A DNA stretch of 64,000 nt from Felis catus (Eukaryota). The notes below the pieces were generated by a model. The model ran no database searches, had not been told where the DNA came from, and saw only the letters and a list, made by a program, of their open reading frames with translations. The translations under genes were made by a program, and so were the position numbers. The DNA is taken from positions 106,394,001-106,458,000 of the forward strand of contig NC_058373.1 of NCBI RefSeq assembly GCF_018350175.1, written 5' to 3'. Positions 12,861 through 24,503 of the stretch are shown here, in pieces; the first letter of the stretch is position 1; each line of letters opens with the position of its first letter.

Positions 12861-15574
12861 AAGGAGTGACATTTCTAATAGCTGTCACATAAGACTCACA
12901 TGGCTGGTCCAAGCACCCTACTTTTGAGTTGCAAGGTAAAGAAATCAGAATGTAGGGAGTTCGTGAGTAGGAAGAGAACACTATTTCCCAAAAATGTGTT
13001 CCCTAGAAGATGAACCATGAGGAACACTGATAAAAAAAAAAAAATCTACAGGTTTGGTAAATACCACACATACATCCTGAGGAGTCACATTGGGTATCAG
13101 TGTTTTATTGAGAATCTCTTCATTGGCTTTTCACTCAGATGTTCCTAACAGTCAGGGTCAACCTTGTGGCAATGAAAACTTATCCATGCTCTCAGATTCT
13201 GATGTTCCTCACAGACCTTCCTGGAAGGCGTGGGAGAGCAGAATTATAGGGCAGCAGAAGTTCAAGGGTGCACAGAGGAAGGGAACCGGAATATGACAAA
13301 CTGCATTTCGTCTCCGGTGCAATAGCTCTAGAGGCCTCTGAAGGGCAAAAAGATCCAAAAATAAACCTTATCAGGGCGTGTGCACCAGTAAACCCCGAAA
13401 CTCCTTGACAGTACATATTACGATGCCATCAAGTATTTGCCAAACCTTATTCTAAATAAATATTTCTGGACCTTTCTGCAACTAAGTTCAGCCTCAGCAA
13501 CATGGCTCCAAAGCCAGGGAGATGAGCATGCTGTGAATACTTGAACTTGAATGCACTCATACGGCCAGAGGCTTCAGTGGGCAAGAGCAGGAAACCACAG
13601 AAGCTGACCTGACTTTACTGCTGACAGAGTCCTGCTTGACGTGAGCACAATCCTACTGTCCACTGACAGTGATTAAGAATGGCCTGGGGGATGCTGGGCA
13701 GCACTGATCCTCTCACCTGCTGAGATGGAGCAGGTGAGACGAGGCGGAACCTCAGAGCTCAGATAACATGCTGGCAGCGCTGAGTCATCCGCCCAAGACC
13801 TCGGGCGCTTGGCTGCCCCAGAACGGCCTTTTAGACTCTCTTTATACATAATGCAGCTGAGCGGTAAGTTTCAGCAGGAGACTGGATCTCAAAGGACCCC
13901 TTGGTGCAGAGAGCAGAGGTTATTCACCCTGGCATGCCTGAATCATTTGAAAAGACTGCCACTCTCTTCTCTCTAATGTCTAAACTTGGCAGCAGAGGGT
14001 CCAAGCCATATGGGGCAACTTGCACAGAGATTAGAATGACACTAGAATTGGCTCGGAAGCCTTTGCATTCACAGCTGCGGTTGTCCATCGCCTTAGCTCT
14101 TCATGAGACGTCTGGTCACTCAGTCAGTCCCAGCTGTCACACTTACGTCTCAGATTTACTAGGGAGAGAAATGGGCCTGCGCAATTCAATTTTCTCCTTA
14201 TTAGCTTCCCAATTTATTTGCTTTTGAGAATATATATACTTGAACAGCGCTGCACACATGGTGACTATTTCAGGGATGCTATTTAGGGGATAAAATGGAA
14301 ACACGTGTCTGTTAAAGTACAGTGATAGGAACTCAGGTTCAGCAAGACTCAAGCTCAACTGCTTCATGACCGGAAGGGATGGCACATGGTTTGTGCTTAT
14401 GCTATTCCCCAGGGCTCCCTGCAAGTTTCAGGGTCCATCTCCATCACGGTCAGAGTGGTAGGAAAAGAATCCAAATTGGTTTCAATATTCACCCAACAAA
14501 CACACACTGCCACTGTTAAATGTCATCAAATATCCTCACTACTCTCAGGGAAGAGTTATTTGGGAAATTGAAAGTCAGTTATATCGGCCCCTACATGATA
14601 AATGCCATGTGTCTAAGCCACCAGTAACCATGCAGCAGGGTTATCTTTTTATTACATCCCTCTAGATTCCCCTGTTCCAATGTGTTAAGTTTAAAGAATT
14701 TAGAAGCTAGCTTTCAATCTATAATGGGAAAGATTTTGCCCTCTATTTTTATATGAAGCACTTTAATCACCACCAAGATCACTGGGTTAGCATATATATA
14801 TATACACAGGAAGGAGGGTGTACTCTTGAACTCATTTACCCGCACAAGGCAAAATACTCCTAAAGAAGCGACAAGCAGAGGAGATGGGTGGAAGGGGACT
14901 TTGAATAAAGCTGTGCTTTTAGGGTTTGTTTTAAAGTTCTACCTGGGTGGAGAGAGGTTCCCTCCTTTCCCTCAATGCAGCCCATGAACTAGAGTGCACA
15001 GGGCTTAATTTATTCACTGACTCTTTGATTCCTTTCTGAATTCTGTAACACAACTGCAGTCAGGTGTAGTCGATGATTTGGGAAGAAGAATGCTACACGC
15101 TCTTCACATAAAATATCTGTAAGACAAAACGACTTCCATTTCTCGCCCGTTTGAAGTCTTCAACTCACGGGAAAATTTCTCACAGGAAGATTATAACGAC
15201 CAAATTAAAATCATCCTAAATTATACGTGACTTTAAAAATCAACTTAGGTCTTGCTTGAAGAACAAGAGAAATTCTGGCGTTAACTTTGGTCCCTGTCTT
15301 TCCTGACTAGTTGGGACACAAAAACCTTTATCAAGGTCCAAATGCCTTGTTCCCTGGGTAAGAGAAGGGAGGTGCTGAGATCCTACCGGGGCCATTTAAA
15401 TGGGTGCGAATTTGGGTGCGAAATAGATGTGCTGATGATGGGTTGATGCAGCCACTCTCCATCACTGAGGGGTGGGAGATTGGAAATGAGCCTTGACAAT
15501 CACAAAACACCCACCCTTCCCCAGTGAGGAAATCCAACTCCGGGATGAAAGCAAGGACACATTCCCTCCATTCA

Positions 15575-16480
15575 GGAGATCCAGGCGCGTCCACAAAAGT
15601 GCTCATCACTGGGGACGCACGGGGATTGCGCCAGCGCAGCGCGGCCCCCTGGAGCACGTGCCTCCCACGCAAGTCCCAGCTGCAAAGCCAGCTCTCTACG
15701 TCATCTCCTCACCCTCCTTCCCTGGCTGTTCTCTGGGCAGCTGGTCGACCAGCCAGGCCAGGCTGAGTACCTGAGAGCACCCAGGGGAAGAACACTACTG
15801 CGCAGACAAGTCGCTTCAATGAGGAAAGCGGTCACTTTACCTTGTTGCTTACTGAGGAACAGCAGAGGAGGCACGACGCCGGGACCCCGCGGCTCAGGGC
15901 CCTGGGCGGCCGCCGGGCTTGGACCGGAGCTCGTGGCTTCCGCAGGTTTGCGCTGCTGCGCCGCGGGCCCGTCGGGCGCCGGAGCCCGGTCCCCGGAGGG
16001 CAGCTCGGGGCCGGTCTGGGGGGCGGCCGAGGGGAACTTGGGGAAGGGGCCGGGCGCGCCCTCCTCCGCCCGGGCGCCGGGCTCCTCCCGGATGGCGTCC
16101 AGGGCGCCGGGCTTCATCGGGGGCGAGTCCTGCTCCCGTTTGGGGCTCTCCTCCGAGGCGGAGGACGCGTCGCATGACTCGATGATGAGCTCGCTGTCCA
16201 GCTCGGCCTCGCGCTCCTCCCTCAGGATGCTGTACTGGATGGACGGCGACGCGGGCGACGGCGGCGGGCCGCCCACGTGTCCGAAGGTCACGTAGCCCGA
16301 GGGCAGCGCGTCCTCGGCGGCCAGCGGGTCCTCGGACACCAGCTCGATCTCTGAGTCCCCCGACTCGGCGCTGCTGGCCTCGTGGTCCAGGGGGCTGGGG
16401 ATGGCCGGCAGCCCGGCCCTGGCCTTGGCCTCGGGCCTGCTGGCCACCTGGCCTACCGGCCGTGGGCTCTCCGCCGTTTC
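15575..16480. promoter_or_regulatory. Intragenic CpG island over most of exon 3 and the start of intron 3
   Basis: Visibly very GC-rich with dense CpGs (e.g. gggcggccgccgggc, cgcgggcgacggcggcggg), against a CpG-poor background. Confidence 0.85.
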
Positions 16481-16569
16481 ATAGGATAACCCCTTTGCTT
16501 CTTTAATGGCAGTGATCAGCTCGTCCTCGGAGATGCTGCATTTTCCCTGGGATTCTGCAGCAGATGGTT
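15841..16569 (-). CDS. RTN1: Reticulon-1 (RTN1-A) coding exon 3, 729 nt, phase 1-1
   Basis: Acceptor ttttttgctttgtgggacgacag|AA at 16570/16569 and donor CAACAAG|gtaaag at 15841/15840. Translation EPSAAESQGKCSISEDELITAIKEAKGLSYE...SIQYSILREEREAELDSELIIESCDASSASEESPKREQDSP...PPLLFLSKQQ matches the RTN1 segment preceding the reticulon homology domain exons, which lie outside the window. Confidence 0.97.
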
Positions 16570-17785
16570 CTGTCGTCCCACAAAGCAAAAAAGAGCCAGA
16601 GAGGCATGCACACGGACAGACAGATGGACATAGAGAGAAGAAATAAAACAAAATTCCATTAGGGGAGATGTTTTCTTGTTGCTGGAGAAACACATTTATC
16701 TCATTAGCACAAAAATAGTCTGTTTCCAGGGCTATGCTGAAAAGGCAGGCCACCTGAAGGAGAAGGCTAATTACTGTTATGGCCCAATTAATCAGTGCTT
16801 TACAAACCTATCTATCTTAATCTAGCTACTTAAAAAAAAATGACAAAGCAATTTCTTAGCAACAGCACCTCCGTTGGTTTTTCCCTTTCAATGTGGCAAA
16901 CATCCTGGAAGTCATGGTTTTAATTTCTGATACCTTCTCTCAGGGAAGTGTTCCAAGTTCACAGATTTCATCAGGTAATCTGACGTATATAACTCTCTAA
17001 TGTGGCCCACCAATATCAACAAATCTGAACATCATCCATTACTCCTTGTCCATTGCTTTTCATGTCGCCTCCTTCAGTGAGCAAAGAAAGCTTAGTCTGG
17101 ACCCTACACACAATGGCTTCTGAGCTTTACATTTCCCATAAGAATCAATACTTTTACTCATTTTTAGTGAAACGTGTAACAAAGTAGGGCAATATAAAAG
17201 AAAGGTTTTGCCAGTTCTACCAAGCAGTCTGTGAAGATTACCATAATGCACAATCCCCCCTGGGCTTCTAATGGATGGTGGAGCCCACCGTCATTCTTTT
17301 TCCTCTCCTCCCCTCCTCTTGAGAAGAACAAAACCTGAGAATCACCCCCAGTCCCCTGGGTGAATGCCTGCCTTCTGCCTGATGTTTATCCAGATGGCCT
17401 GAAAACTTCACCAGCAATCTTGCTGATATTTCTCTCCCTTAGACGAGACTACCTGGGAACACCATGACAACAGTTTTCAGGAGCTTGGTTTTTCCCTTGC
17501 CATACAGCAGGTCCTTATTTCAGAATATCTCAGACAGTAGGCTCTGGCCCTTTTATAAGCAAGAAATACTCGTCATTTCTCCAAAGCTTTGAGGTCACTG
17601 ATTTGGGAGGGTGGTAAGGAGAGCAGACTACGGCTAGGCCATCTGTTGCTTTAGGACTGTGGGAGAACCTCAATGGATCAAACATTGTAGATTTGTCTAA
17701 TTCTTTATAGAGCAGGATTGATTTTATCCTTTAACCTGACAGTATTCACTCATCTATTACAGGTTAGGCTTTCCTATAGGTGTTT

Positions 17786-18002
17786 GGGGGGCACCTGGGT
17801 GGCTCAGTTGGTTAAGTGTCTGACTTTGGCTCAGGTCATGATCTCACGGTTTGTGAGTTCAAGCCCCACATAGGGCTCTGTGCTCACAGCTCAGAGCCTG
17901 GAGCCTGTTTGGAATTCTGTCTCCTTCTCTCTCTCCCCCTCCCCCCACACTCGCCAGTGCTCTCTCTCTCTCTCTCTCTCTCTCAAAAATAAACATTAAA
18001 AA
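17786..18002 (+). mobile_element. Can-SINE
   Basis: ggggcacctgggtggctcagttggttaag head, (CT)n, AATAAA tail. Confidence 0.92.
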
Positions 18003-18778
18003 TTTTTTTCATAGGTATTTAGGATATATTAATGAATGAAACAGGTAACAAAATTTCTGCTTATATTTTAGTGGGAGAACACAGTACATCAACTATATAT
18101 AATAAATGAGTAAAGTATATAGTATATAAGAAGATGTTGAGTGCTGTGAAAAAAAAAAAAGTAGAGTAGGGTTTAGGGATCAGGAGTGCTGGGACAGGGT
18201 GGGGTGAATTTGCAATTTTAAATAGGATAGTCAAGATAGACCTCATCTGGAAGGCAACCTATATTCAACACTCAAGGAGGTAAGAGAGTGACTCATGAGG
18301 ATAATTAGAGGAAAAAGCATGCCAAACAAAGGGAACAGATAGTGCAAAGGCCCAGAGGTAGGAGCTGCGATGATTTCTAGGTATCACAAGGAGGCCCAAG
18401 GGGTCTGGCCAACATCACCACTGCTTGTACACCATTCGTAGGAAACCACGAAACAGGCAGGCAGGGCCTGGGGCTCAAAGGCTACAAGTGTCCTGTAAGG
18501 CAGCCTGCCCTGTGTGCAAGCCGACCTGGCGCTGCATGGTTCAGGAGACTGGCTAGTGTCCACTCATTTTCCACAACTATGAGCCCTGGGTGGCTTTGTA
18601 TTTGTTTATGTGATGACTTCGTTCATGTCTGTCTCCGTACGCTCCCCTGCTTTCTCCGACCCCAGACCGAAAGCACCAGGACCGCAAAGGGCAACCAACA
18701 TCTTTCCATTTGCTGTCATTTCTCCAGCACCTAGTGCAATGTCTGGTGCCCAGGAGGTCCTCGATAAAGAAGAGCTGA

Positions 18779-18989
18779 GGGGCGCCTGGGTGGCGCAGTC
18801 GGTTAAGCGTCCGACTTCAACCAGGTCACGATCTCGCGGTCCGTGAGTTTGAGCCCCGCGTCGGGCTCTGGGCTGATGGCTCAGAGCCTGGAGCCTGTTT
18901 CCGACTCTGTGTCTCCCTCTCTCTCTGCCCCTCCCCCGTTCATGCTCTGTCTCTCTCTGTCCCCAAAATAAATAAACAAAAAAAAAAAA
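18779..18989 (+). mobile_element. Young felid Can-SINE
   Basis: Near-consensus copy; TSD aaagaagagctga. Confidence 0.95.
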
Positions 18990-19136
18990 GAAGAGCTGAT
19001 GTGAGGACTAGCTCACATCTTTAGAACGGTGGTTCTTAATCACATGTATGGCTCAGAACAGCTCTCAGAAATTCTGACGTAGTAGAAATGAGTCTGGAGG
19101 GGCCTAACCATCTGCATTTTGTATCTCCAAGGGTAA

Positions 19137-19344
19137 TTTTTTTTTTAATTTTTATTTATTTTTGAGGGAGAGGAAACGCAAGTGAGGAAGGGGCAGAGAG
19201 ACAGAGAAGGAGGGAGAGAGAATCCCAAGCAGGCTCCATACTGTCAGTTCAGAGCTGGACTTGGGGCTCAAACTCACAACCATGAAATCATGACCTGAGC
19301 CAAAATCAAGAGTCGGACACTTGACTGAGTCAGCCAGGTGCCCC
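19137..19344 (-). mobile_element. Older Can-SINE inside a MER5-like element
   Basis: Head ...caggtgcccc; TSD ctccaaggg(t/c)aatt. Confidence 0.9.
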
Positions 19345-19376
19345 ACTCCAAGGGCAATTCTAAAGTCACCTCCAGT

Positions 19377-19502
19377 TAGGGTTGGCAGATTTAGCAAATA
19401 AAAATACAGGACATCCAGTCACATTTGAATCTGTGCTAAACTTTGAATTTTTTAAGTGTAAGGATATCCTATGAAATATGAGTGTTTTATTTGGCAACCC
19501 TA
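19377..19502. mobile_element. MER53-like hAT MITE
   Basis: TIRs tagggttggcagat and atttggcaacccta; imperfect 8-bp TSD cctccagt/tctccagc. Confidence 0.8.
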
Positions 19503-20735
19503 TCTCCAGCTGAAAACCACTGAGGTACAGCACTCAGAAAAGGCTCAAGGATCTTGCTTTATTTACTCAAGAATAGGACGCTATCAGACAGCTGTGGGGT
19601 GTGGGATGAAAGGCCCTAATGCCTTTCATCTTGGGCAGGTGAAGGTACTACCCTGAAAAGAATCCATCCTTAATATGACTTAAAAGAACCTCAGTAGAAA
19701 TTATAGATGCTATCCTTTGTTCTTAATAGGAACCAAAAGTTTAACAAAGTGCTAAGAGGAATCAGGGAAAAAAACTAAAACAAAATAGAAGTTTTTTGTA
19801 CTCTTGCTTTTAAAATTTATGGACCTGTAGCTGAGATATTGGTTAGTATGTGTCACAACTGACCCAGCAAATCTAGAAAGAGTCAGTAAAAATAACTGAA
19901 CAGATTATAAAAACTGGGAAGGTTAGAACTGCCCTGCCTGGGGAGATGTGTTTGCTGCTGCTGCTAATTATGACAATATAATTTAGAATGATAAAAGGAA
20001 AGGTGAACATGGGCCAGTTTACCAAGTCACAGATGCCACCATCCAACTGTGAATGATGTTGCCATTCAGGTCTCCCCTTTGCCCCTGGTTCATTCTTCAG
20101 TCACCATCCAGAGGAATCGTTTGAGAACGCACATCTGATTCTGCCCCTCTTCCCTTCCTTCTCCCCAATCTGGCCACACTGACCTTGCAGCTGCTCCTTG
20201 AACACACAAAACGTTCCCAGCTCTAGGCTCCTCCTCCTCATGTGTCTTCATGATTTGCTCCTTCCCTACCCCACTTCAGGTCTCTGCTCAGAGGCATCAG
20301 CAAGGAGAAGACTTTCCTCACAACCACCCCATCACTCTTTCACTCTATATCTTGCTTTATTTTTCTTCATTACCATTATAAATACCTAATATTATGTTAC
20401 ACATTTATTTATTTGTATGTAAGTCTTCCCAATAGAATATAAGTTCTGTGCAGGCAGCAACCTTGTTAGGTTTCAGCACTGCTTCCCCAGTGGTGATGGG
20501 ACAATGCCTGGCATGCATGACCATAAATGGTCAACACATATTTGTTAAGTGAATGGATGAGTGAATGAGTGATGTCACTTCCCACATCAAAACCCTCCAG
20601 CAGTTTCCCATTGCATTTGGAACAAAATCCAAATTCTTCATCCTAGCATGTGAATCCCTGAACAATCTGGGCCCTGCCCCCCGCCCCCCCCCCCCCCCCC
20701 CGACTCTGATCTATGCCATACTTTTCCTTTGTCCC

Positions 20736-21167
20736 TGTAAAAACTAATAAAGGGAAACCTCACTAACAACTGAGAGGCTAGAAGGGGGTGCTATTCCACT
20801 CAATGTCAATTACAGGAAGAATTGTCAATTGCAGACCTCAACAGAAGAACCATCAACAGGAAAGAATGATCACTTACAGGCCCCAACAGAAAAAGATGTA
20901 CATTGACTCTTCTAGAAGAAATTGATTACCCCTGCAATTTGGCCAATGAGAAACCATCATCACTCTGAACGCCTGCTTTTCTCTGATGGACTTTCATTCA
21001 GAACAACCCCTCCCAACTTCCTTGGTCTTATCCATAAAATAATGTTCTTCTCCTTTGTTGGACTTGCCTATGGTTTTACCATAGATAGCATGTCCTGAAT
21101 TGTAATGCTCTGCCATTCCTGAATAAATCAATGTTTTCTGGCAAAATAGCTATTTTTAAGGTTAACA
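20736..21167 (+). mobile_element. Solo ERV1-type LTR (MER34-like) inserted in L2
   Basis: Begins TG and ends ...tttttaaggttaaCA; CCAAT box at about 20943 and AATAAA at about 21122. Confidence 0.65.
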
Positions 21168-24100
21168 GTTCTTTGCATCATCTTTCAGTTCCCAAATAAT
21201 ACAGCCTTGGGGCCTGTGCACTTGCTTTCCTCTGTACCTGGGGTCCCCATTTAACCCCCTCCTTTGAATTGTAAGCTCCTTCTCCTCATTCAGAACTCTG
21301 ATCACATGTCACCTCCTCAAAGAGGCCATCCTTGACCCCTTCACGCCCAACACTCTATCACTCATTATTGTAATCAGACTCTGTGAAATTTCAGATGCTG
21401 TGAAACTGATTTACTTTTTATTGCTTATTTGTTTTACTAAGGGAAGCTGGGATGGTTTAACAACGACCTCTCGATTGCTGTCCTTTCTGAGGCTAACATC
21501 TTGAAGAACATCCATGACCTCCATAACATACTCTCAGGCACTGTGTCAGAAACACTGTGGTGCCAGTAGGCCAATGGTCTGGCGTGTGTCAGGGCCCTTA
21601 GTACGTTTTCCTAGAATGCTTTACTTGTGTTCATGACTGGTCTTTGCTGAGAAGACATTTCCAATATGTAAGCTGTAAGAATTTTTGCCTCTGTACCTCA
21701 GAATATATTATTTAACATGATGAAAATAGCTCAGTACTTTGGAGAAACTTACAAAATGGAATAATTTATTGGAAGTGAAGGAAATATATTACACTCCTTG
21801 CTTAAGCTTCAGGGTGTGTGGCTAAAATTGTTCTAAATGAGAATTTCTCCTGATTCATGATTCACATAATTAGAATTATTAGAATTGGACAGATAATTAG
21901 AATACTACTAGTAATTATTAGAATCATTATTATTATCAGAATGTCACATGCCCGGAGTGCCAGGGGCTCTCAAGACAGGGAAGGGAGTTATGGTAACCTC
22001 TTAGGATAAAAAGAACAAGGAGAAAGGCCTCAGTGACAAGTTAATTCCTCCTATCTTTCCTGTTAGTTTTATTCTTATCTGTTGTCACTGGACTCCGGTG
22101 TTATGAGGTGAAGTGTCTGTGGAGAGAGGAGCAGCTGAACATGGGAGAGGACTGTGTACTGGGTCTGGGGACTTTCTTTTTCTTCAATAACCTTTGGTTA
22201 GAATGTTTATTTGGAGCAACTGAAAAGAAAACATTGTCCTAATCCTGTGCTGTCAAGTGGACAACCCAAGGTTATAAAACTCCAAGATCATGTCAGCCAG
22301 ATCTGTCTTTGTCTTATCTTGAAGTTGCTCCAAACCCCAATGGGCTATGGCCACTAAAAGAAAAAAAGGATATTCCTTAATAATTCATAAACCCTACATC
22401 ATATCAGGTCTTTCTCATAAGCTCTGTAAACTGTAGTTTTTACATGAGGCAGATGCCATGTAAATGGACCTGTATTGCTGGGGCATTTCACTCTTCATGA
22501 AGATGGGCTGAAGTTCTTCTAAACTGATCCCCAGACAACCCTGGAGCTTGAGAAAGCACAGCTGATACTACAGCTTACATCTTCCAAGCATCAGTATCTT
22601 CAACTCATTTGATAACAGAAGGGTTTTACAATGCATTGTCACAAAGACCACAAGGAGGCTTTGAGACTTGGACATGTCCCTACCTTATGCTGTAATCTGG
22701 GATAAGTCATATCTAATTCACTTGGAGCCTCAGTTTTCTTATTTGTCATCACTATCCAAATCTCAATTTATATCACATGGAAATTCACTGTGACCTCACA
22801 CCTCCATGTCCTTGAGCCTTCTCGGACTGGAAGGCCACCCCTCCCCTTCACCTTTATTTCCTCCTGCTCTGTTCACCTGGGGAGCTGCTGGACTCTGATG
22901 TTCCTCAGCATGCTATGTTTCCCTCTCTCAGAACACAGATCACACTAGTGTGACTATTTCCTTGGTCATCTATCCCACTGGAAGGTAGAAACTGGTTTTT
23001 GTTTTTTCAGTTCTAACCTCACCAGTGCCTAGCAGAGTGCCTGACCAAAAGAAAGTATGTGGAACGTGTTTGTTGAGTGAATGAATGAATTTGAAAATCA
23101 GGGAGGTGGCACAGTGGATCTTTAAGACCCTTGGAGCTTTTTAGTTGAATGAGTCTGAGATCAGGTTGGGGAAGGAGAGGAATTGATGATAAAATCTTTA
23201 GAGAAACAGGGCAGGAGAGACTTACATTAAGTCCTCTCTAACACTTGGACTTACTGCATTATCAGGATTTAGAGCAAGTGCTCCTAATAGGCTTTGGATC
23301 TGTTTTAAGACTTCAGTAAAAGCTCCTTCCTGACATACTGAAAATCTTTTTTTTTTTTTTAATCAGAAAGGTTTGTAAATCACTCTTGAGTCAGATAAGA
23401 ATGCCAGACACTGGAGGCAGGAGAAGATCCAAAGACATCTCATGGTTCTCTCTATCCTGATACCTTGTGAACATTCAAAAGAAGTAGAGATACAAAGGCT
23501 CCACTTTTGCCACCTGGGACTAGGTTCCCAGGGTGGGGTGGGGACACTCCTGCTACCACTCTGGCCTTTCACCCGTGTATAGGAGACCCCTTTGTGTTTG
23601 AGAGGATATACTGAGTATGGTTTAACACCCAGCCTTAGGTCACAGTAGGAGAATGTTCAAGATGAAAAAGATCATAGTTTAGTGAACGTGGAACTTTTTT
23701 ACTCTAATCAAATGAATCCTTTAAGTTTAAGGAATAAAACTGTATGCAGCACTTCAACAAAGTAAAAAGACCAAAATGATCCTGCTGAGATTGCTGTTTT
23801 TAGGTTCCCTCTCACTGTTCATGTCCCTCTGAAGACCCTGAAGTCCACCCCAGCCCTCCTCCATTGTACAGACATGGAGCTGGGCCAAGAAATGTGAAAT
23901 GCCCTGTCCCAGGTGGCCTGGCTGGTCTGGGGAGGACAGCTAAGGTGCTCTCTCTGGGATGCCTCCAGGTGACCTGGAGGTCCAGCTGCAAAGCAGCACC
24001 TCCCTCTCTGCTCTGAATAGTGGAGCCACATGAGGATTGTCATGTTTCAGTGATCTTTACCTCTGTCTTCAAATGAGGAAAGAAACACTTTATAAGGCAA

Positions 24101-24177
24101 ATCTGATAGGACTTTAAGGAAAATCCCAGATTTCAAACTTTGTACCATGGGCACAAAACTGAAAAAGTTGTATGTTA

Positions 24178-24350
24178 GGGGGCCTGGGTGGCTCAGTCAG
24201 TTAAGTGTCCAACTCTTGATTTCAGCTTGGGTCATGATCTCACAGTTCATGAGATTGAGGCCCGTGTTGGGCTCTGCACTGACAGTGTGGAGCCTGCTTG
24301 GGATTCTCTCTCTGCCCCCCACCCCTCCAAATAAATAAACACTAAAAAAA
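24178..24350 (+). mobile_element. Can-SINE about 150 bp into intron 2, antisense to RTN1
   Basis: Head ggggcctgggtggctcagtcag; TSD actgaaaaagttgtatgtt on both sides. Confidence 0.92.
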
Positions 24351-24503
24351 GACTGAAAAAGTTGTATGTTTAATTAAATTAGTTAAACTGAGACTTAAAG
24401 GGACCCTTATAGTAAAATATTTTGAATGCAGATTTACATCCCTTTAAAATTCAGATTTCCAAATCCTGGGTTTTCCCAAGACAAGGAACACTAGTTCCCT
24501 TAC

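Larger units (their letters stand above)
16570..24503 (-). other. RTN1: RTN1 intron 2 (7934 nt, GT-AG)
   Basis: Bounded by the exon 2 donor and exon 3 acceptor; the frame is preserved across the junction (ACA G|AA CCA = T E P). Confidence 0.93.

Noticed and set aside
1..15840. RTN1-C first exon or reticulon-domain exons
   Set aside because: No MQATADSTK-like or IDLLYWRD-like coding sequence seen; these exons must lie outside the window.
15819..16295. Antisense and alternative-frame ORFs (158, 111, 93, 88 aa) over exon 3
   Set aside because: Expected stop-codon scarcity in very GC-rich coding DNA; low-complexity products with no recognisable domain.
15701..16753. 350-aa ORF as a single-exon gene
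   Set aside because: The N- and C-terminal extensions lie beyond clear splice sites; only 15841-16569 resembles RTN1.
20677..20701. Poly-C/G-quadruplex tract
   Set aside because: Simple homopolymer within an L2 remnant, with error-prone length and no supporting context.
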